The notes under the pieces were generated by a model. That model ran no database searches. It saw only the letters and a program-made list of their open reading frames with translations, and had not been told where the DNA came from. A stretch of 64,000 nt of DNA from Candidatus Zhuqueibacterota bacterium (GTDB lineage Bacteria > Zhuqueibacterota > Zhuqueibacteria > Residuimicrobiales > Krinioviventaceae). A program made the translations under genes and the position numbers. The stretch is from positions 4,967 to 68,966 of the forward strand of contig JAPDQV010000014.1 of assembly GCA_034505495.1 (NCBI GenBank). The letters are read 5' to 3'. Positions 1-6,599 of the stretch are shown here, piece after piece (positions within the stretch are counted from its first letter, which is position 1; every line of letters begins with the position of its first letter).

Positions 1-673
1 CGCCGTGCAGAAAGCCGAGGTAGGGATCGAGTCCGTGCGCGGCGGCAAGGGCGAACAGTTCGTTAAATACCAGAGTGTAGCCGAGGCTGAGCAGGGCGTT
101 TACCGGGTCTTTGGGCGGCCGGCGCGAGCGCTCCTGAAAGGTGAAATCGCCGCGCAGCAGGCGGCCGAAAGCGCGGAAATAAGCCGCGGCGGCGCCGCCT
201 TCGACGCCCATCAGGCTGCCGATCGTCTGCGCGCGCTCGATGCGCCGACAAGCAGAGCCGACGGCCTCCAGGCTTTGGCCGATCTGTTCGTCGTCGATGC
301 GGGCGGCGTAGCGCTGCAGCAGTTTTTCCGTATGCCTCAGCTTGGCGCGCACAATGGCCTTGGCCGTCTGCAGGCTGAATTCCTCGTCCAGCACCCGTTC
401 ATACTGGGCCAGGCGAAGAAAGACGTTTTTGGCTGAAAGCGCATGCAGGCGGCCGCGCAGCTTGCCGTTTGAGGTGAGAAACGCGACCTCGATGCCTTCT
501 TCGAGCAGCGCTTCCATAGCCTGAGTGGTGATTTGTACGGGCCCGAACAGCAGGACTGCGTCGAGGCGGATGAGCGGCATCTGCGCCAGTTTTTCCTTGC
601 CTTTGCACACCACCAGGGAGTGGGAGGAGAGCCGTACCACGGCTCCGGGTTCCGTCACATAAAGGGTGTTCAT
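1..673 (-). CDS. cas1: Cas1 integrase, N-terminal ~224 codons; the 3' part runs off the left edge of the window
   Basis: Own translation of the minus strand from the ATG at complement(671..673): MNTLYVTEPGAVVRLSSHSLVVCKGKEKLAQMPLIRLDAVLLFGPVQITTQAMEALLEEGIEVAFLTSNGKLRGRL...FQERSRRPPKDPVNALLSLGYTLVFNE...GLDPYLGFLHG. This is the canonical Cas1 N-terminal domain and the start of the helical catalytic domain. It is absent from the ORF track because it is open at the window edge. The 5..436(+) ORF is its antisense shadow. Confidence 0.9.
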   Translation of the reverse strand, partial: MNTLYVTEPGAVVRLSSHSLVVCKGKEKLAQMPLIRLDAVLLFGPVQITTQAMEALLEEGIEVAFLTSNGKLRGRLHALSAKNVFLRLAQYERVLDEEFSLQTAKAIVRAKLRHTEKLLQRYAARIDDEQIGQSLEAVGSACRRIERAQTIGSLMGVEGGAAAAYFRAFGRLLRGDFTFQERSRRPPKDPVNALLSLGYTLVFNELFALAAAHGLDPYLGFLHG

Positions 674-683
674 AAGCAGGCCT

Positions 684-3545
684 TTAGATTTCCAAGATCC
701 ATTTCAGCTCGCCGTTGATTTTAACGCGCTGCAGGCGGCCGTAGAGTGTGTCAAAGCGGTCGCAGCCGCACTGCGCGGCAAGTCGGTCGAGCTCTTTTTC
801 CAATTCGGCGAGTTGCTGTTCGAGCCGCCGCTTTTTGCGGCTGCAGGCGAGAAAGAGGCCCACCAGGCGGTCGAGCGAAGCCGACGGCACGGATGCAGCC
901 TCGACGGCCTGGGCCTGCGGCGGCTCGGCCTTCACCCGTTCGGCCGGCGCTTGTTCCGGCTTAACTCCGGCCTGAAGCTCTTTCTTCAACCGAACGACGG
1001 CTTCGGCGTCGGCGTATAGGAGCGGCGAGGGATAGCCGCCCGCTTTTTCCGGCAGGCGGCAATTGCAGCCGAGCCGCGGCGTGACCTCCTGATGCCGCAG
1101 GCGGATTTTCGGGCAGCTCAAAGGCAGGCGGTGGGGCCGGCGAAACCATTTTTCCGTAATGCGGGCGTCATAGTTGAGCGTGTGACCGATGATTTCGTGC
1201 AGCTTTTGCCGTCCTGCTTCGCCCAGGTGGCCGAGCACTCCCAGCAGGGTCAGGCGTTCGAGGTGGGTCAGATGCTGTTGTCTTTCGGCCTTTTCGGCGA
1301 GCCAGTGCAGCACGCGGCAGCCGTTCATGACCGCCTCTACGCGTTTCTGCTCTTCGGGCGGCAGGGGAGAGGCGACGGGCAGCTTGGGTTCGGCGAGCCG
1401 CCGGAGGGCTGCGCGGATTTGTTCCGCAGAGACGGTTCGGATGTTTAGGAGCTCGGCCATAGGGTCGGGGACCGGCAGGCCGTCGGCGCCCACCCAGACG
1501 CAGCGCCGGCGCGTCAAAAGATGAAGGCCCAGCGGCAGCTTGATCAACGGGCCGCAGGCGTCGGCGGACACGCGGCTTTGCGCCGGAAAGTATTCGATGT
1601 GCACTTCCGGAGCCGCGCGGTTGCAGGCAAGGATTTTTTTGGCCAGTTTAACGACCTGTTCGGCCGGCGTCGGCTCCTTGATAAAGATCCACAGGTGGTA
1701 GCCTTTATAGCCCGAATCTTCGGCATAGGCGGGCAGGCCGAGCGTCTGCAGCAGCTGCTGCAGTTTGCGGGTTTCGCTCCAGGCGCGCCGGCGCCAGAGG
1801 TCGCGCTCCTCCGGGCGTTCGAGAAATTCCTGCGCCGATTTGACGAGATCGATGTCGAACACCAGATGGCGCACGGTTTGGTCCATGCGCACGAGATACA
1901 TGGCCAGCGTGGTTTGGCCGGCAAAATGGCGGGCAATGTCTTCCGCCTCGATGGGTCGCTTGACGGGCATGTATCCCGACCGACCGTCGGCGCTGAGCCA
2001 CTGCACGGCATGGATTCCTTCGCGGCCTTGGAACATTTCGCGAAAGCGCTGAACGTGCTCCTGGGTAAAGACGGGCGGCGCCTCTTCCTTATGCGGCGGC
2101 TCGAGCAGGGATTTGAGTTCCGGTTTGAGTTCCACCGCTCTGACGAACAGTTTGTCGGCGGCGCCGAAGAGCGAAAAATCCTGCAGCGCGGCGCCGAGAG
2201 CAAAGTGATAGTCGCCCTTTTCGGGAGCATTCTGGACGGCCTTTTGCAGCCAGCGCAGGGCGGCGTCGCGGCGGCCCTCGCGCAGGTAGAACAGGCCGAG
2301 GGCAAAGGCGGCTTCGCCGGAGGAAGGGTCGAGCCGATAAGCGGTGGTCAGGGCGTCGCGGGCGACGGCGTCCAAACCGACGCGTTCGCACAGGGTTGCA
2401 AAACGTACCAGGGTTTCGGTGTCGGAGCAGGGCAGGTCGACGGCGGTCTGCAGCAGGCTGCGCGCCTTCGCCTCGCCTTCGGCCTGCAGCGCCAAAGCTG
2501 CTTTTACGAGGGTCTTTTTCAGCTCGTCACCTTCTTCCGGAATGCGGTCGATCTGCGCCGCCAGCTGGGTAAAATTCGTCTGCCGATCCAGGCGATAATA
2601 GTTCAGCCAGCCCCGCACCAGAGCGTCCAGCTTTTCCTCCCACTGGTGCCGATTGAGCGCTAAAAATTTGCCGAGCAGCGAGCTGACCGATTGTTCCAGG
2701 CGGTTGTAGGAAGCCTTGTCGGGTCGGCGGCCGTTCAGGTCGAAATGAAAGCCGAGAAAGGAAAAGCCGTCCTTGAGGTGGACGATCTCTGTTTTGTCCG
2801 GGTGATAAGCCAATTCCAACGCCTGCAGTTCGACTTCGATTTTTTGAAACGCTTCGCGGACGAGCTCTTCGGTGTAATCGAGCACGAGCAGGTTATCGGA
2901 ATAGCGGATATACTGCCAGGAAGCGCGGCAGAGGGCGTCGTCGAGCGGGTGGAGATAGATGTTGGAAAAGAGGGGACTGCAGCAGGTTCCCTGGGCGATG
3001 CCGCGGCCGTCGGGCTTTTCGTAATTCTGCAGAATTACATGGATGAGTTTGAGCAGTCGGTCGTCGTCGATCGTGCGGCCCATCTCCTGCAGCAGGATCT
3101 GCCGATTGATCATGTCGAAAAAGTCTTCGATGTCGAGGTTGAGCACCCAGTGTCGGCCCTTTTTCAGGTGACGTTCCACCCGCTCGACGGCCTTGAGGGC
3201 CGAGCGGCCCGGCCGATAGGCATAGCTGCAGTTGTGAAAGATCTTTTCATAAATCGGCTGCAGCACGAGCACGACGGCCTGCTGGACGATGCGGTCGCGC
3301 ACTGCCGGAATGTGCAGAACGCGCTCGCCGCCGTCTTCTTTGCGCACGGTGAACGTTTTCAGCGGCAGCGGCTGATAGGCGCCGCTGTGCAGCTCGGCGG
3401 CCAGCTCTTCGAGCTGTTCGGAGGCGTTTTCTTCGAATTCATCGACCGAAACGTTGTCGCTTCCCGGCGCGCCGCCGCTCAGCAGCACTTTTTCCCAGGC
3501 GGCGGAGAGAGTGTCGAGCTCGGTAAGTTGATTGAACAAGAACAT
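684..3545 (-). CDS. Reverse transcriptase (group II intron-like) - TPR - primase-polymerase (AEP/PrimPol) fusion protein, CRISPR adaptation-associated
   Basis: 953-aa ORF. aa 1-325 carry RT blocks 1-7 (APGSDNVSVDEF; RVLHIPAVRDRIVQQAV; SYAYRPGRSALKAV; LNLDIEDFFD; AQGTCCSPLFSNIYL; RYSDNLLVL; FSFLGFHF) plus the thumb/maturase motif RGWLNYY. aa ~345-478 are TPR-like repeats (AAFALGLFYLREGRRDAALRWLQKAVQNAP). aa ~495-700 carry archaeo-eukaryotic primase motifs (LVFDIDL = DxD, SGYKGYHLWIF = His motif, LIKLPLGLH). A Cys/His helical region and a coiled-coil tail follow. The stop codon is 10 nt upstream of the cas1 ATG. Confidence 0.85.
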   Translation of the reverse strand: MFLFNQLTELDTLSAAWEKVLLSGGAPGSDNVSVDEFEENASEQLEELAAELHSGAYQPLPLKTFTVRKEDGGERVLHIPAVRDRIVQQAVVLVLQPIYEKIFHNCSYAYRPGRSALKAVERVERHLKKGRHWVLNLDIEDFFDMINRQILLQEMGRTIDDDRLLKLIHVILQNYEKPDGRGIAQGTCCSPLFSNIYLHPLDDALCRASWQYIRYSDNLLVLDYTEELVREAFQKIEVELQALELAYHPDKTEIVHLKDGFSFLGFHFDLNGRRPDKASYNRLEQSVSSLLGKFLALNRHQWEEKLDALVRGWLNYYRLDRQTNFTQLAAQIDRIPEEGDELKKTLVKAALALQAEGEAKARSLLQTAVDLPCSDTETLVRFATLCERVGLDAVARDALTTAYRLDPSSGEAAFALGLFYLREGRRDAALRWLQKAVQNAPEKGDYHFALGAALQDFSLFGAADKLFVRAVELKPELKSLLEPPHKEEAPPVFTQEHVQRFREMFQGREGIHAVQWLSADGRSGYMPVKRPIEAEDIARHFAGQTTLAMYLVRMDQTVRHLVFDIDLVKSAQEFLERPEERDLWRRRAWSETRKLQQLLQTLGLPAYAEDSGYKGYHLWIFIKEPTPAEQVVKLAKKILACNRAAPEVHIEYFPAQSRVSADACGPLIKLPLGLHLLTRRRCVWVGADGLPVPDPMAELLNIRTVSAEQIRAALRRLAEPKLPVASPLPPEEQKRVEAVMNGCRVLHWLAEKAERQQHLTHLERLTLLGVLGHLGEAGRQKLHEIIGHTLNYDARITEKWFRRPHRLPLSCPKIRLRHQEVTPRLGCNCRLPEKAGGYPSPLLYADAEAVVRLKKELQAGVKPEQAPAERVKAEPPQAQAVEAASVPSASLDRLVGLFLACSRKKRRLEQQLAELEKELDRLAAQCGCDRFDTLYGRLQRVKINGELKWILEI

Positions 3546-3590
3546 AAGACCACCCCAGGTCTAATTTCTGTTTTGCTGCACGACCGCCCG

Positions 3591-3693
3591 TCGTAGGGCG
3601 ACATTTATGTCGCCGATCTTGGGCGTCGTCGTAGGGCGGCATTTATGCCGCCGATCTCGGATGTCATCATCGTAGGGCGACATTTATGTCGCC
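3591..3693. repeat. Three tandem REP-like palindromic units (GTAG + 18-bp perfect palindrome), periods 38 and 41 bp
   Basis: TCGTAGGGCGACATTTATGTCGCC lies at 3591-3614 and 3670-3693. TCGTAGGGCGGCATTTATGCCGCC lies at 3629-3652. The two differences in the middle copy are compensatory and keep the palindrome GGCG(A/G)CAT-TT-ATG(T/C)CGCC intact. Confidence 0.8.
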
Positions 3694-3697
3694 CCCG

Positions 3698-3740
3698 TGT
3701 CGCCCCCCTGTCGCCCCCCTGTCGCCCCCCGTCGCCCGCC
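3698..3740. repeat. 11-bp tandem direct repeat TGTCGCCCCCC x3 plus degenerate GTCGCCCGCC, reusing the palindrome half-site
   Basis: Read directly: tgtcgcccccc (3698-3708), tgtcgcccccc (3709-3719), tgtcgcccccc (3720-3730), gtcgcccgcc (3731-3740). Confidence 0.8.
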
Positions 3741-3778
3741 TCGTTCCGCAACCCATTTTTTTAATTCCACACCCGCCC

Positions 3779-4924
3779 TCAAAATATCGACGAGCTTTCG
3801 GCTTTTCTTTTGATCTTCTCCAGCACTTTCGTCAGGGCTTGGGGATTCTGAAGCGTTTCTCCGTCGACGATATTAATACCAAAGAGCTTTTCTGCCCGCT
3901 GATAGTGTTTGTCCTTGACTTGATTTCTCTCCTTTCCAGGCCTCGACAGCGTAAAAATGTACGCAAAAACCTGCAGACCGAATTCGCGACGCAGGGCTTC
4001 CAGTTTATAAATGGCATCCTCCATAATGTCTTTATCCTGACTGCTGCCGATGCCGGTCTTGCATTCGATCACATAAAGAGCGTTTTCATAGACAAAGGCA
4101 ATGTCCAATTCGTTATTGACCTCCTGCTTGCGAATCTGTATGGAGCAGCCTATAAAAGGATCTTTCAAATCAAAGTATGCGCGGTATAGGTCATAAACAT
4201 ATTCTTCGAACCAGCCGCCGATGAGATAACGGACTTCTTCCTTGGCAAGTTTTTTCCATTCGGCATCTTTAGGCTGAAACGGTGAACGCTGCAATAGCTC
4301 GACAAGTTCGGGCAGTTCGCTCATCGACTTTTCGGCAACTTCACGGTTTTTGCGCAGGTCGTTTAAAAGACCGCGTTCATTATCGGACATATCCACAAAA
4401 AAATCGAAAAACCGGCGCGTTTCCTCTGCCGAGCGTACGAGTTGATGAATATTTTTGGGGTTAGTGATTTCTATTCCATACGCGGTCAAATATTCCGTCA
4501 GGTTGACGCGATAAGCGAGCGGATACAGCTTTTGCCGCACGCGCGGAAAAATCTTCCAATACAAGTTTTTGCCGATGGGGATGTAATAGATCTCACTTTC
4601 TCGTTCGCGGAAGAAATTATAGACGGCCAGCGACATGATTTTGGTGCCGCCGGTGACGTTGACGATAAAGCGGTCGTCGTCGGCAAACTCGACGCTTTGC
4701 AGGCATCTTTCAATGTCCTCCAGGTCGTCTTTTTTGACGACCAGCGGTTCGAGAAAACAGTCGTCAGAGAGGCCCAACGCCGATATCAGCGCCTGCCTTT
4801 TGCCCTGCTGTTCCATTTGTTCCGTCGTAATAAAAAGATGTCGGTCGACGTTCTGCATCTGTTTGATAAGGAGAAAATTGGGGATGGTCTGTTCGCTGAT
4901 CAAGGAGATCATGATGGTTGCCAT
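3779..4924 (-). CDS. card1: CARF + PD-(D/E)xK nuclease effector, Card1/Can2 family (DUF1887), cyclic-oligoadenylate activated
   Basis: 381 aa. The N-terminal CARF signature is ISLISEQTIPNFLLIKQ ... VNVTGGTKIMSLAVYNFF ... IYYIPIGKN. The C-terminal restriction-endonuclease-like core is YLIGGWFEEYVY ... NELDIAFVYENALYVIECKTG ... DAIYKLEAL. Length and motif order match Card1/Can2. Confidence 0.85.
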   Translation of the reverse strand: MATIMISLISEQTIPNFLLIKQMQNVDRHLFITTEQMEQQGKRQALISALGLSDDCFLEPLVVKKDDLEDIERCLQSVEFADDDRFIVNVTGGTKIMSLAVYNFFRERESEIYYIPIGKNLYWKIFPRVRQKLYPLAYRVNLTEYLTAYGIEITNPKNIHQLVRSAEETRRFFDFFVDMSDNERGLLNDLRKNREVAEKSMSELPELVELLQRSPFQPKDAEWKKLAKEEVRYLIGGWFEEYVYDLYRAYFDLKDPFIGCSIQIRKQEVNNELDIAFVYENALYVIECKTGIGSSQDKDIMEDAIYKLEALRREFGLQVFAYIFTLSRPGKERNQVKDKHYQRAEKLFGINIVDGETLQNPQALTKVLEKIKRKAESSSIF

Positions 4925-4944
4925 TGCGATCCTCCTCTTGAGGG

Positions 4945-5904
4945 TTAAAAAGAATTTATAGTCAATTCATATCGTCCAAAGCCCCGCGAGGTGTCGCTGC
5001 CGATGTGCGTATATTCGCCGGCCCGCAGTAGGGGCAGAAACGGGGACAGATCGCCGGTCAAGGTCACTTCGCCGATAACCGCTTTGATGACCTGTCGGCG
5101 CTGCTGACGGGAAGAGTAAGGATAGAAGACCAGACGCTGAAACCGATGGTCTTCCGACTGTATGCCGGCGACGAAAGATTGAATGATCGCCGAATAATCG
5201 ATCGACCAGGCCTGCGCGTGCTGCGCCGCCAACAGAGACAAGCGGCGGAGCAGGGTGCGGATCAGAATTTCGGCGGTCAAATCAAATTCCGGTCGGTTAT
5301 GATGGATGATTTGCACCGGCGTTATAAATTTTAGCCGTGCTGAAGTTAATTGTGCCTCGCCGTCAAAATCCTGCAGCTGCAGTACGACGGGTTGGTCGAT
5401 TAAACAGCGGGTTGAAGGATCATAGAGTCGCTTTTCAGCAAAGCGGTCGCGGATATCCGCAAGATGAATCTTTGCCCGAGTGCGGCCGAGCCCCAACTCG
5501 CAGACTTTGAGAACGGCGTACACATAGAACGGTAGAAAAGAGACGCCGCGGCCGATGAGGGTTACAAATAGAGAAAAAGATTGTCCTCTTCGAACGGTTT
5601 GCGCTTGGCTCAAAGAAAGGCTCCAAACCATCGGATGCGGGAGTTTTTCGGCTTCGAAGCGGAGAGACTTTTCGGCTGCTTTCGGGGTTTCGAAGAGATA
5701 GCCGTAGGGGCAGTTGCTGTTAAAGGGGCACGGTCGACAATCCATCCGGCTGTTTTTGAGGATGCAGAGCGACCGCAGCGCCAATCCCAAAACGCTGCGG
5801 AAGGTAAAGCCTGGAAAGTCACGGAATTCGAGCTCATCGACGGCGGTCAGACGGAATTCGAGCGCTGCGAGCGGCAACGGCATATGCTGCAGAGGCAACT
5901 TCAT
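4945..5904 (-). CDS. cas6: Cas6-like pre-crRNA endoribonuclease (RAMP, Cys-rich PF10040-like type)
   Basis: 319 aa. It has a Cys cluster (CRPCPFNSNCPYGYLF) and a C-terminal glycine-rich RAMP loop (HIGSDTSRGFGRYEL). It sits inside the type III locus, where no other Cas6 is present. Confidence 0.6.
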   Translation of the reverse strand: MKLPLQHMPLPLAALEFRLTAVDELEFRDFPGFTFRSVLGLALRSLCILKNSRMDCRPCPFNSNCPYGYLFETPKAAEKSLRFEAEKLPHPMVWSLSLSQAQTVRRGQSFSLFVTLIGRGVSFLPFYVYAVLKVCELGLGRTRAKIHLADIRDRFAEKRLYDPSTRCLIDQPVVLQLQDFDGEAQLTSARLKFITPVQIIHHNRPEFDLTAEILIRTLLRRLSLLAAQHAQAWSIDYSAIIQSFVAGIQSEDHRFQRLVFYPYSSRQQRRQVIKAVIGEVTLTGDLSPFLPLLRAGEYTHIGSDTSRGFGRYELTINSF

Positions 5905-5958
5905 GAATTTCCTCGCACTTTTCTATTTTTACACCGGCTTTGTCCGAACTGCTTTTGA

Positions 5959-6327
5959 TTAAAGAAACTGCATCAGCAGCGTGCGCCATCCCAGAACGGC
6001 ATCGGCTTGCACCTCCTCGCCGATGGTCGGCCGAAACCCTTGCCGGTAAATAGGAGTCACCAAAAGCACCTCTGAAAAGGCCGCTCCGTAAAGAGCGGGC
6101 AGCATTTCTTCGTTCAAGACCAGAGCCGGCCGCGGCTCTTTGGGCGTCAAATCAATGCCCAAAATCGCATTAACCACCTTGAGGGTGTTTTCGTGTCCCC
6201 AGGAAGATTCATAACCGCGTTCGAGAATGAGCTGTTTCGCCCGTTCGATCTCGATGGGCTCGATGAGCACGCGTCGGTAGATGAGTGAAAATGGAAAAGC
6301 GTTGGCGATTAACAAAGGAGGTTTCAT
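5959..6327 (-). CDS. crn2: DUF1874 family protein, Crn2/AcrIII-1-like cyclic tetra-adenylate ring nuclease
   Basis: 122 aa. LLIANAFPFSLI ... SSWGHENTLKVVNAILG parallels the ANAFS..ML and GH..T...N..(L/C)G motifs of the AcrIII-1/DUF1874 family as I recall them, including the catalytic His position. It is encoded between csm5 and cas6. Confidence 0.65.
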   Translation of the reverse strand: MKPPLLIANAFPFSLIYRRVLIEPIEIERAKQLILERGYESSWGHENTLKVVNAILGIDLTPKEPRPALVLNEEMLPALYGAAFSEVLLVTPIYRQGFRPTIGEEVQADAVLGWRTLLMQFL

Positions 6328-6599
6328 GATGTATATTCTTCTTTCAATGTGTCAATTTTAACATCCGCTATGCAGGCGCCTGGTAAAGTACGACGGCCGA
6401 GTCAATCGCTCTATATTGGTCGAGTTGAAGCATTTATAAAGCCTGCTGCGCGGATGTCGAGGTCATTGATGGATTCGACTGTATTGAGTGCTGATAAAGG
6501 ATTCGTAAAGCCTTTGATCCGGTTTCGAATACAAGGGTTTTTATTGTACCTTCAGCCAATGATGTCCGTCGCGATTCTAACGGCCGTTGGCAGCCGCTT

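Noticed and set aside
5-436. 143-aa plus-strand ORF at the left edge
   Set aside because: It is the antisense shadow of cas1. The minus strand translates into an unmistakable Cas1 N-terminus, while the plus-strand product is Ala/Gly/Gln-rich with no recognisable motif.
684-3545. Mobile group II intron, retron or diversity-generating retroelement
   Set aside because: I could see no intron RNA domain V/VI-like structure and no endonuclease domain. There are no msr/msd-like inverted repeats and no template/variable repeat pair. The ORF is in operonic contact with cas1, so a CRISPR-associated RT is the parsimonious reading.
1521-3596. Long plus-strand ORFs (380 aa at 1521..2663, 301 aa at 2691..3596) opposite the RT-PrimPol gene
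   Set aside because: These are typical GC-rich antisense shadow ORFs. They are low-complexity and Ala/Gly/Arg-rich, and they lie fully inside a minus-strand gene with strong motif support.
3589-3740. Possible mini CRISPR array next to the cas genes
   Set aside because: The repeat units are 24-29 bp, but the spacers are only ~10-17 bp and the second block has an 11-bp period. This is incompatible with a CRISPR array, so it is reported as REP-like/tandem repeats instead.
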